Shown: positions 18,205 through 27,942 of the stretch, in pieces
Numbering within the stretch: the stretch's first letter is position 1
Layout of the letters: each line of letters begins with the position of its first letter
Origin: a virus
Length of the DNA stretch: 64,000 nt
IMG/VR virus record: IMGVR_UViG_3300012979_000038
Coordinates: 1 to 64,000 of that record
Strand: one strand, 5' to 3'
The notes under the pieces: generated by a model
Databases searched by the model: none
Told to the model about the DNA's origin: nothing
The model's input: only the letters and a program-made list of their open reading frames with translations
Position numbers and translations under genes: made by a program

Positions 18205-18552
18205 TTACCACATATCATCTTCATCAACAATTGCATTTTCTTGCTGATATTCATCAGATAGTTCGTGGTTTTCTAATTCTTGAGGATTTATATAGTATTG
18301 TTTAATATGATATGTATTCATATCAAGAAGTATCTTATTACACATATCAGCAGTCTTTAAACAGTTATCTCTAAGTTGTTGAAAATACTCCATATCATAT
18401 TTATATTGTAAAGTATAAACTTCATATAAATCTGATTCTCTGTTCTTCATATTAGAAGGATTAATAATTCTGTTATAAAGAATACAAATATCATTAAGAT
18501 AATTCTTTAAACGTTTAACTATTGAAAAATTTATAATGTCTTTATATTTCAT
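18205..18552 (-). CDS. hypothetical protein
   Basis: 115-aa ORF with a class B motif 15 nt upstream. Confidence 0.4.
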   Translation of the reverse strand: MKYKDIINFSIVKRLKNYLNDICILYNRIINPSNMKNRESDLYEVYTLQYKYDMEYFQQLRDNCLKTADMCNKILLDMNTYHIKQYYINPQELENHELSDEYQQENAIVDEDDMW

Positions 18553-18567
18553 AAGTTTACGACATAC

Positions 18568-18585
18568 TTTTATTTATATAAAAAT
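18568..18585 (-). promoter_or_regulatory. class B motif (minus sense TATTTTTATATAAATAAA, contains TATAAATA)
   Basis: Exact 18-mer shared with 49511..49528 and 62522..62539. Confidence 0.5.
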
Positions 18586-18589
18586 AAAA

Positions 18590-18617
18590 ATGGAGAACCA
18601 AATAATTGATTCTCCAT
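18590..18617. terminator. hairpin terminator
   Basis: ATGGAGAACCAAATAATTGATTCTCCAT flanked by T/A runs. Confidence 0.5.
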
Positions 18618-18639
18618 TTCGTTTTTAACTCAAGGATAA

Positions 18640-19206
18640 TTATCTATGATTTTTTAAGAATGTAGAAATTTCATTCCAATCAATACTATCCTTTTGTTTT
18701 CTATTCTCATTTACGACCTTATTTATATGTTTTATCATATTTTCATATAAATCTGCAATTTCTTCATGAGAGTTAAATTCATAATAAATAGTTTTTCCGT
18801 TTTTAGAGAATTTTGCTGTTAATGGTAATACTCTATTTGAATCTTTTGTGCATACATACCAGTCAGAATAATTCTTTTGGTTTTCTGCGCTTAACCAAAC
18901 GTTATAACCGTTCCAAACAAAACCTCCTAATATCTTGTTTTTGGCTTTATCAGAATAATAATTCAAAATAACGGATTTGATTTTTTGAATTGTTACGTTT
19001 TTTGTATCAAAAGTTGTAAACTTAAAGGTGCCGGTACCGGTAGAAATTCTTCTACCGGTATTAACAAAGGCACTATTTTTGAATACTTTTTCATCTTTCA
19101 TTATTTCATTGAAATCCCAACATACTTTAATTGTAGATTCATTAAGACATTCGATTGATTTAAAATCATTTGGTTTACAACTTCCATTTAAAATCATTTG
19201 TTTCAT
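18640..19206 (-). CDS. hypothetical protein
   Basis: 188-aa ORF. Confidence 0.4.
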   Translation of the reverse strand: MKQMILNGSCKPNDFKSIECLNESTIKVCWDFNEIMKDEKVFKNSAFVNTGRRISTGTGTFKFTTFDTKNVTIQKIKSVILNYYSDKAKNKILGGFVWNGYNVWLSAENQKNYSDWYVCTKDSNRVLPLTAKFSKNGKTIYYEFNSHEEIADLYENMIKHINKVVNENRKQKDSIDWNEISTFLKNHR

Positions 19207-19236
19207 ATTATCTTTTTCTTTTACAATATTTTTTTA

Positions 19237-22200
19237 TTAGATTTCAATAAATGGTAAACTATTAAATGGTGTTTGATAAATTGCTTTAGTTGAGAATGAT
19301 ATTGCTAAAATTTCTGAGTTGTTAATTGTTAGAGCTACGTTTTCTCCATCAACTGCAGATTTTAGTGGAGCGAATGCTACAGGAGCAATAATACCTCCTA
19401 CAGTCAAATCTTCTTTTTGTTTAACATTTAATAGTGATGCAGTTAAAATGTAATTATTAACATTTGCAAGCATTTCATTGATTGATTGAATGATTGTTCC
19501 TTCTGGATCTTCACCTCTAAGTAATGCTACTGTATCTTTAATACTTTCAAGACCTTCAAGTAATAACAAGTATTCTTCTTTTGAACCAACGAAACATTTA
19601 AGAATTGAATTGATTCCTTCTACTTTAAATAAGTTTCTAAAGTATGGGATTGCCATTCTTAATGTACCAGAACCTGCGAGTGCTGGCCATTCTTTTTCTG
19701 CTAAACCATCGATGTCATTGAATGACCAGTTAGAAGGTTCGCCATTTGCGTTGTTTTTGTTATTATTTCTATTCCAGAATTCTGTTATCCATTCGTTACA
19801 GATTGCATTAGATAAGAATTTACCTGAAATCCAAGATTTTGTCAAGCATTCAGATTCTCCAGATGATTCAACGTTATAAGAACTAGCATATTTTGGATTA
19901 CCTGATGAAACTGAAACTTTATTTATTTCATCCAAATAATCTTTCAAACCTGAGCTAGCACCATAGTACATCTTTTTAATGTTAGCCAAGTTGTTATTAG
20001 CAGTATTCCAACCGTTGCAGAAATCATTAAGTAATTCCCAATCTTCTGTAGTTAAATCAGAACTTTCTACGTTAGGTAAGAAGCAATAATCATTTGTTCT
20101 TACATAATCTAAAGGAATTGCTATGTAATTAGGTTTAATAATTAAACCAGATTTTTGAATAGCTGCATGTTGTTCATTAATTGTAGCATCTGATGATTCA
20201 TATCCAATTACTTCTTTACCACCATTGCCAGTGAATTGTGCAATTGGTAAATGATTTTTTGGAATTGATGGTGAAACATAAAGAACACCAATTAATTTAC
20301 TTGAATCACCCATCTTATCAATAGCATCTAAATTGTAAATTAGACCATAGTTATCAATGAAATATGTTCCAGGATTACATTCTTTAGGACTTCCGTATGA
20401 TGCCAATGAAGAAACTGCTGTAAATTGAACGTCTTTTGTTACATTAATAACATCTGTTCCAACTTCGTATCTTGCTGCACAATGTAAAATAATAGATTGT
20501 TCTAAGTCAATTGTGCTTTCTCCAATATGAGGAATTACAATTCTTACTCTAGCATCTTGCCAATTATCATTATTAACATATTCTACAGAGAAACCTGATA
20601 TAGGAGCATTAGCTACTGTTGTAAATGTATTATCTGTAAAGTATTCAGGTACACAAGTGAATGTACATGGATAAGAAACATCTTCAGCAACAGATTGAGC
20701 AGTTAATGATACTTTGTATTCAATTACTTTTGAATCACCAGCTTCTGCAGCAAGTTTAGTTGGCATCTTAGATTCAATATTTTCATCTTTATCAACTGAA
20801 AGAATATTGATAACTTCAGGATAAACGATTTGAGAATCAATTGTACAATCTTTTATGAAATCATGAACACCATTTCCATTTTCTAATGTTGCATCACCAA
20901 GGTGTTTAATAGTTAATGTAAATTCATCTTCATCATTGAATGATAAGTATGTTTTACCAGATTTATTTGATCTAACTTTAACTACCATAGATAATGGATT
21001 GTTTTTATCGATTTCGATAGATGTTCTATTGTTAACATTTAAGTCATAATTACCAATAACTGATGATTCTACTGGAATATTATAGTAATATTCTCCCCAT
21101 ACTTCATAGTATTGAGTGTTATATGGTCTTACTGTGTAATTAAATGTTTTATCTGCTTCATTCAATAAGATTGTTTTATCTTCAACAACATTACCTTCAG
21201 CATCTAACAAATCAAATTCATTAGCGTAAATAGGATTTACAATGAATGTTACTTGTTTATTGATTGGACAACCTACACCCATCTTATTATCATATTCTGT
21301 ATCAAATAATACATAAATATTAGCAGTAATTGTTACTGTTTGAGGAATAAATGATGGAGTCAATGTGAAAGAACATTGTGTTAAATCTTTATTTACTACA
21401 GTTGAAACTTTTAGAGATGCGGAATCTGCTGGATCAAGAGTTACTCTAAACGTTTTAATAGGAACGTTAATAGTATTATTTGGTAATAATTCTATTGAGA
21501 ATTTATGATCTTTGTTATCTTCTAAAGAAACTGTATCAGATTCTAATGTTCCAATATGTTCATTATCACAAACTAATTTGAAATCTGTTACAACATGAAC
21601 TTCTTTTAATGTAATATAAATAGCGTTATCAGCATCTGTATCACCATTAATTACAGGATATAAAACGAAGATTTGTTGTCTATTACGTGTTGAGTTACCA
21701 TTGAATAATGATTTAAATGTACAAGAAGATGTATTAGAATCATATGTCAATTGTAAGCAAGGAACAGCAGGACCAGGGTTACCGGTTGCGTTATTAATAT
21801 TATGTGTTCCATTTACATAATTTAATTTAACAGGATTTCCACCATTTGCGGGAATGTACCAAGCTTCATACCACATTGTTTCACCTTCGTTTACAGGGAA
21901 CTTAGTACATTTGAAAGTATATTCAGTTTCATGAATACCTTCGTACCAACCTTCCGTACACATTGCTGGCATATGTTGTGGTTTGTTGTCTATATCGTCA
22001 TTCCATTCCATTGAAGATGACCAGAACATACCTTCATCAGCACTAAATCTTAATGCAGAACCAGTAGAGAATACGTTTGCACCATATTTTTCGACGATAG
22101 CATCGTATTGTTCTTTAGTTAATTGTCTATCTTCAATTGAACTAATTAATGATAATGTACCTGTGAAATTTAATAAGTTGAATTTATCAACTACATTCAT

Positions 22201-25200
22201 TACGAAATCAACAGGAACATTTTCACAAGTAATATTTTCTAATGTTAAGTTGCAAGATTTGTGTGGAACATTTGCTTCTGTAAGAGCTGCGTCCCAATCA
22301 TTAACAAACTTAACAATATCAATACCAGTTACATTTCTTAGAACTACATTCTTAAGAGCTGCATCTGGAGTATATTTAAATACTTCAGCAGTTTGTTCAG
22401 CTGCAGGAGTAAATGTAACGTTTCTTAATTCGATATCAGAAATACGGTTTACTGGTAATGAAACTTCGTTTAAGATAACACCTTCAGCTGGTTTAAATGT
22501 TGTAATTGAAGAACCAATTGCACGATAAACGTGTAAGCTTGCTAAGTTGTTAATCTTGAAATCACCTAAGTGATATTCTTCAGAATCATTAAAACAGTTA
22601 CGTATATCAACTTCCTCAAGAGTATTAAGGTCGTTCATATTACTTAATAATGCTACGTTACATCTTGTTGGACCAAGAATTTCTAATGATAAACCATCTG
22701 GAGCGTTTACTGCTTGTGGAGCATCGTAATATTCTCCAGCATTAATTGTTATTTCATTACCACCAACTGTCATAACTATTGCATTTTCAGTTTTGTTAGT
22801 ATAACGATAAACGTCTGAAGTTCTGAATTCGTCAGAGATACCGAATAACAATTTTGTCATCATTGTACCTTTTGATTTAATCCAGTTATTAGCAATATTA
22901 CCAATAAATTCTAGTTTACCGAATGAGTGACCAGCTTCAACAGCTTTTCTAAAGTCAAGAACTTTAATCTTATCAACACCCATTATAGAGAATGGAGAAG
23001 AAATACCGTTCCATGTTGAGTTTGTTGTCCATTCCCATGTACTATCTATTTCCATTTCTTTAGCCCAATGTTCAGGTACTGCACCATCTAAGTCGGAGTT
23101 AGTTAAACCGAATACATTTTGACGAGCTGCTGTAATAGAGAATATGTCTGTATAGATAGAAGCATTTTCATTCTTAATACCCATATAGAACTTAATAGTA
23201 TTTTGAGAATATTCTCCAGAGAACCATTTAGAATCGTATAAGTTGAAACGGTTAGTTACCCACCATGTACGGTGTTGTGTTCTAGAACCATGGATAAAGT
23301 TCAAATAACCTGCACCAGATGGTAAATATTTAATTGTTTCTTGAACGTTATACATTCTTTCTGGCCACCAAGCTGCTTGTTTGTTGTTATACATATCTAA
23401 CAATGCTTTTGAAGATAGTACACCAGAGTTATACATCGCTGTATCAAGTTGTTTTACTTTATTCATAAAGTCAGCGTCATTTTCTAACAAGTTCCAAAGA
23501 ACTGAAGTAGGACCTGCGTAAGCGAATTGACCTTTTGAATAATCGTAAGTATTTCTATCTACTGTCCAGTGGAATACGATGTGACCATCATTACGAACAC
23601 CAAGAGTTGTATCGTTATCATAGTTGATATAATAGTAGTGTAGTCCGTCTTCTGTTGTTAACATTGAGTTCTTAACAACTTGGTCAATACCAGCGAATCT
23701 CATCAAGTAGATATAGTATGCTGCCAATTTCCAAACATCGAAGTAATCATATTTCTTTTCAGAGAAATATTCCATATATGTTCTACCGGCGAAAGATTTA
23801 CCATCTTTATCAACTTCATAAGCATCTCTATCAACAGAACCAACGTATTGTTTTTGTTGACCGTAGTTATCAGTATAATTATACTTGTTACCACCAGCTG
23901 CTTCTAAGTAAACAGATACATAATAATCTTCTTCGAATGGTGAACCAGCGATTTTATCACCATAATTAACTTGTTCGCCATCACCTACTCTTTCATCATC
24001 GAATGCAATATCTTCTACGAATGTACCGTAAGTTGCATCGAATGAAGCTACTCTTCCTTTATAAATGTGGTTTTCGATTGTTTTTGTTGAAACTGTCTTA
24101 GATACATTTTCATAATCGATATTTGTTAACATTTTATAAACTGGAGCATTGGCTCTCAAGTCATCTGAATCTTTATATTCTAAGTTATTATAAACTTTAT
24201 TACCAGCTTCTTCTAATTGTCTTTGATCTAGTACGAATACTAAAAGACCATCTTCAACAGCTTTGTCATATTCAGCTTCTGGAATTTCTACGTATGGAGA
24301 AAGTGTATAACCATCCAATCCATCAACTAAATAATCAACGCCTGGTTTACAGAAGTGAACGAATCTCCACATTGACTCAATATTATGAGTGTGTGATACA
24401 AGATATTCATCACCATCAGGACCTTCAATTTCAACGTCTGGCCAACGTGGTTCATAATCTGACATTACGAAACGTGTACCCATGAAAGTATTTTCTTCTT
24501 CACCAGGTGCAGCATGAACGTCAGTAATTAAGTTAACACCTTGTCCAAATAATGAACCGTTGTTAGATGCTTCCCAACATTCTACCTTTTCTGCGCTAAA
24601 TATTTTATTACCATTTTCATCATAAATATCTTCGAAACCGAATAGAGGAGTAGAACCTTTATCTGTCATGATGTTGAATTGACCTACGAATTCAGCATTA
24701 CCATATTTGCGGAAGCCGTTTTCATCATATTGAACATTACCAGCTTCGTCTCTCACTAATGGACAAGCAAAAATAACGATTGGTTTACCATCACAAGATG
24801 TACGAATATCGATACCATCTGCAAGTTCACCCATACGTTGTTGAGCTAATGTTCTACATAGATAACCAGTTTTACCTGAATCATCAGTACCTTGAACCAT
24901 CTTCATTGCATTACCCCATAATCTACCAGCACCAGCATTATGCGTCATAGAAGATTCAGCGAAGTCAGTTTTTAATGTCCATCTGTTTGTCCAACCTGAT
25001 CCTTCATATTGTTTCCAACAAGCTTGATCTACATAATATGTTTTATCTTCCTTAAGTGCATTTTTACCTTTTAGTTTCTTAAATTCTGGAACATCATATT
25101 CAACACCAGTTACAGGGTTTTGAATTTTTGAATATCCATCAATTGAATAAAGAGTAGCACCTGAATAACGGAATTGTTTTACTGTTAACCAATCACGTAA

Positions 25201-27804
25201 TGGTTGATACATAGGAACATAATATTCATTAGTTGAACCATCACCATAAGAGCAAGGATAGAAATCACCTGTTGCTGATTTATAGTAAAGTAAATTACCT
25301 CTACTTTCTAGAACTTCAGCTTCTTGATGGTTATATAATTTATGATATTTATCTTCACAAGTTTTCTTATTACATTGGAATTGACCAAGTTTAGAATAGT
25401 CATTTAATTCACCATGTGTAAATTCACCTGCACGATAGAATTCTGTCCAGTATTTAGCAGAACCGTCTAATGTTTTACCATCATTAGTTTTACCGAAGTA
25501 TAAACGGAAGTTTTTCTTTGGATAGAACATTGATGATGTACCTTGACAAGATACCCAAGCACCTCTTGCATAGAAATCTAAGTTAGGATCTGTTGGATCA
25601 TAGAATTCTACGTCAAATTCAGCGTTATTACTCTTGTTTGTAGCAGTATTAAGAATGTTAACATCACCATACATAACCATTGTAGGAATAGTATTCTTAA
25701 CAATATCTAGAGAAATACTATTTGTACCTTCTACATAAATATTATTTCTATCATACATTTCCAATAGGTTATCTGATTCTGCAATGAAGTTTGTTAATTC
25801 ATCATCTAATGATAATGCTTTATTATAAACACGGATTGAACGAATCTTAACGCCAGCTTTACCGTTTGGATCACCAATAACGATACCAGGATTTTCAGGA
25901 TTATTCCATTTAATAGAACCACCGAAAGTAGTTGCTCTATCCAAAATACCATTCATGATAATGAATGTTTTATTAGCATATAAGTCAACCGTTTGGTCGT
26001 AATTTTCTTTATAGTTACCAACGATAAATGCAAGTTTCAATCTTTCATTATCTTTAAAGTTACCAGTTACTACACCAGATGGAGACATATCACCAACTGA
26101 ACAACCACAAGCTGAAACTTCAATATGTGATCTGTTAGATTTATCTCTTACTGATAAAATAACTGCGTTTTCATCTTGAACATTAAATGTTTCGAAATCA
26201 ACTTCAAATGTTAAACCTGAATTTGTATAGTTATCGAATACATTAAATGGAATAAATGCAGTAGCACCACTATTCAATACCAAAGCTTTTCCATCCCAAC
26301 CAGATGTATCATTCCAAAGTACGTTGTTAAATTGAACATTAACATTACGATAATTCCATGTTGCAGGATTTGGTTCTGAGTTACTTCTGTTTTGAGCTTC
26401 AAGATTCAATACTAAAGATTCTTTAGTTACTGCAATTTGCGCAGCAGATTTAGCAACTTCTACAACAATATGCATAGAATCCAAAGGATTACCATTTGTA
26501 TCTTTACTTAATGTAGTAATATTGATATCGATATTACCATAAGTTAAGAATACATATTCGAATAGTTGTTCTTCACCAGATGAAATAGAACGCATCATAG
26601 AAGCAACATTTTCTGTTGTTTCACCTTCAGTTTTTGTTAATGCAAATTCCAAAGTTGTTGCAGCACCTGATGTACTAAACAAACCATAATTAAATGATGT
26701 AGAAGAGTATTGTTGTGTTTTAAATGAAATTGTATCTTCTGGATTAAATAATGCACCTGAACCTAAATCTTGAGAATACAAGATATAAGTCATATTCATT
26801 GGTGTATTTTTATCAACGATAACAAAGTCATAATATTTTGTCATTGAATAAAGACGAGAACCATCTTTATTTTCTACATACATTCTAAATTGGATTGTGT
26901 TTTTACCCAAATTGAATATAGGATTAAGTTCACCTAAGTCGTTGGTTAGATAAATAGACATGTTTGAACTATATTCTGGGTTTTTAGAAGCCATATAACC
27001 ATCAGTTGCTGTAGTTGATAAAGCTCCGTATTCTTCTGGAACCCAAGATTGGTTCAATGGTTTACCATTTACGTACCATTCCATGTATTTTTCACCTTGA
27101 CCACTAATAGAGTAAGGAATTGTAAAGTAGTTGTCATCTAAACCTAATGCGCTATCAAATTCAACTCCCTTCTTATTATCAAATGAAGATTCCAAAAGAA
27201 GTTCAACAACTGTATAAACAAAGTTTAATGTTGTTGTAGCTTGAGTAGATACACCAGTAAGAGTTACTGTGATGTTGTTTGTACCAACAGTCAAGTAATT
27301 ATCAATATTGATGTATTTTGGAATACCGTCTTGATAATTGTCGAAGTCAACAGGGAAGTTTTGAATAACTTGTGTAATTGTACCACCATTATTGAATACG
27401 ATACGTGCTTGTACTGCTTCAGTAATAGGGTTTTGACCACTATCCTTAACAATATAACGGAAGTAAAGTTCTTGACCTTTTTCTGAAGAAAGTATTGTTA
27501 CCATTTGACGAGATGTTTCATCTACACTAATAGATGCAGGAGCAGGAGCATCGAAAGTTGCTAAAAGCAAACCAGCATGTTCACCTGTTGTGTCATTAGC
27601 ATATTTGTTATAATCATCTTCATCAGCAAATACATAATACTTCAACGCAGTACGGTCATAGTGTAAATAACCAAACTTTTTTGCCAAAGTGTCTTTAATG
27701 AACTTTTGAACGAACTGACCTGATACCGCAGCACCACCGGTTGAGTTATCACCACCCCAGTCAACGGTTTTGTCAATCTCTTGTTCCCAAAGTTTTTCTG
27801 CCAT
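19237..27804 (-). CDS. giant virion structural protein (2855 aa), fibre/receptor-binding-like
   Basis: Uninterrupted 8.5-kb ORF in beta-rich N/T/Y/G composition. It leads a co-directional fibre gene cluster. Confidence 0.6.
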   Translation of the reverse strand: MAEKLWEQEIDKTVDWGGDNSTGGAAVSGQFVQKFIKDTLAKKFGYLHYDRTALKYYVFADEDDYNKYANDTTGEHAGLLLATFDAPAPASISVDETSRQMVTILSSEKGQELYFRYIVKDSGQNPITEAVQARIVFNNGGTITQVIQNFPVDFDNYQDGIPKYINIDNYLTVGTNNITVTLTGVSTQATTTLNFVYTVVELLLESSFDNKKGVEFDSALGLDDNYFTIPYSISGQGEKYMEWYVNGKPLNQSWVPEEYGALSTTATDGYMASKNPEYSSNMSIYLTNDLGELNPIFNLGKNTIQFRMYVENKDGSRLYSMTKYYDFVIVDKNTPMNMTYILYSQDLGSGALFNPEDTISFKTQQYSSTSFNYGLFSTSGAATTLEFALTKTEGETTENVASMMRSISSGEEQLFEYVFLTYGNIDINITTLSKDTNGNPLDSMHIVVEVAKSAAQIAVTKESLVLNLEAQNRSNSEPNPATWNYRNVNVQFNNVLWNDTSGWDGKALVLNSGATAFIPFNVFDNYTNSGLTFEVDFETFNVQDENAVILSVRDKSNRSHIEVSACGCSVGDMSPSGVVTGNFKDNERLKLAFIVGNYKENYDQTVDLYANKTFIIMNGILDRATTFGGSIKWNNPENPGIVIGDPNGKAGVKIRSIRVYNKALSLDDELTNFIAESDNLLEMYDRNNIYVEGTNSISLDIVKNTIPTMVMYGDVNILNTATNKSNNAEFDVEFYDPTDPNLDFYARGAWVSCQGTSSMFYPKKNFRLYFGKTNDGKTLDGSAKYWTEFYRAGEFTHGELNDYSKLGQFQCNKKTCEDKYHKLYNHQEAEVLESRGNLLYYKSATGDFYPCSYGDGSTNEYYVPMYQPLRDWLTVKQFRYSGATLYSIDGYSKIQNPVTGVEYDVPEFKKLKGKNALKEDKTYYVDQACWKQYEGSGWTNRWTLKTDFAESSMTHNAGAGRLWGNAMKMVQGTDDSGKTGYLCRTLAQQRMGELADGIDIRTSCDGKPIVIFACPLVRDEAGNVQYDENGFRKYGNAEFVGQFNIMTDKGSTPLFGFEDIYDENGNKIFSAEKVECWEASNNGSLFGQGVNLITDVHAAPGEEENTFMGTRFVMSDYEPRWPDVEIEGPDGDEYLVSHTHNIESMWRFVHFCKPGVDYLVDGLDGYTLSPYVEIPEAEYDKAVEDGLLVFVLDQRQLEEAGNKVYNNLEYKDSDDLRANAPVYKMLTNIDYENVSKTVSTKTIENHIYKGRVASFDATYGTFVEDIAFDDERVGDGEQVNYGDKIAGSPFEEDYYVSVYLEAAGGNKYNYTDNYGQQKQYVGSVDRDAYEVDKDGKSFAGRTYMEYFSEKKYDYFDVWKLAAYYIYLMRFAGIDQVVKNSMLTTEDGLHYYYINYDNDTTLGVRNDGHIVFHWTVDRNTYDYSKGQFAYAGPTSVLWNLLENDADFMNKVKQLDTAMYNSGVLSSKALLDMYNNKQAAWWPERMYNVQETIKYLPSGAGYLNFIHGSRTQHRTWWVTNRFNLYDSKWFSGEYSQNTIKFYMGIKNENASIYTDIFSITAARQNVFGLTNSDLDGAVPEHWAKEMEIDSTWEWTTNSTWNGISSPFSIMGVDKIKVLDFRKAVEAGHSFGKLEFIGNIANNWIKSKGTMMTKLLFGISDEFRTSDVYRYTNKTENAIVMTVGGNEITINAGEYYDAPQAVNAPDGLSLEILGPTRCNVALLSNMNDLNTLEEVDIRNCFNDSEEYHLGDFKINNLASLHVYRAIGSSITTFKPAEGVILNEVSLPVNRISDIELRNVTFTPAAEQTAEVFKYTPDAALKNVVLRNVTGIDIVKFVNDWDAALTEANVPHKSCNLTLENITCENVPVDFVMNVVDKFNLLNFTGTLSLISSIEDRQLTKEQYDAIVEKYGANVFSTGSALRFSADEGMFWSSSMEWNDDIDNKPQHMPAMCTEGWYEGIHETEYTFKCTKFPVNEGETMWYEAWYIPANGGNPVKLNYVNGTHNINNATGNPGPAVPCLQLTYDSNTSSCTFKSLFNGNSTRNRQQIFVLYPVINGDTDADNAIYITLKEVHVVTDFKLVCDNEHIGTLESDTVSLEDNKDHKFSIELLPNNTINVPIKTFRVTLDPADSASLKVSTVVNKDLTQCSFTLTPSFIPQTVTITANIYVLFDTEYDNKMGVGCPINKQVTFIVNPIYANEFDLLDAEGNVVEDKTILLNEADKTFNYTVRPYNTQYYEVWGEYYYNIPVESSVIGNYDLNVNNRTSIEIDKNNPLSMVVKVRSNKSGKTYLSFNDEDEFTLTIKHLGDATLENGNGVHDFIKDCTIDSQIVYPEVINILSVDKDENIESKMPTKLAAEAGDSKVIEYKVSLTAQSVAEDVSYPCTFTCVPEYFTDNTFTTVANAPISGFSVEYVNNDNWQDARVRIVIPHIGESTIDLEQSIILHCAARYEVGTDVINVTKDVQFTAVSSLASYGSPKECNPGTYFIDNYGLIYNLDAIDKMGDSSKLIGVLYVSPSIPKNHLPIAQFTGNGGKEVIGYESSDATINEQHAAIQKSGLIIKPNYIAIPLDYVRTNDYCFLPNVESSDLTTEDWELLNDFCNGWNTANNNLANIKKMYYGASSGLKDYLDEINKVSVSSGNPKYASSYNVESSGESECLTKSWISGKFLSNAICNEWITEFWNRNNNKNNANGEPSNWSFNDIDGLAEKEWPALAGSGTLRMAIPYFRNLFKVEGINSILKCFVGSKEEYLLLLEGLESIKDTVALLRGEDPEGTIIQSINEMLANVNNYILTASLLNVKQKEDLTVGGIIAPVAFAPLKSAVDGENVALTINNSEILAISFSTKAIYQTPFNSLPFIEI

Positions 27805-27879
27805 ATTAAAGATTTTTTAAAATATATTTATTATGAATTTATTCTGTCTAGAATACTTTTAATTTATTAAAAATAAAAA

Positions 27880-27913
27880 AGAAGACCAATAACGATTTCG
27901 TTATCAGTCTTCT
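27880..27913 (-). terminator. hairpin terminator after the 804-aa gene
   Basis: AGAAGACCAATAACGATTTCGTTATCAGTCTTCT; a T-run follows on the minus strand. Confidence 0.5.
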
Positions 27914-27942
27914 CATTACACAAACTTTTATTTTAAATTTAA

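Noticed and set aside
19490-27486. Plus-strand ORFs nested in the 2855-aa gene (19490, 21983, 23680, 23718, 24123, 27241) and the minus ORF 23703
   Set aside because: They lie wholly inside a long uninterrupted ORF on the opposite strand. They have low-complexity composition and no start context, so they are spurious.
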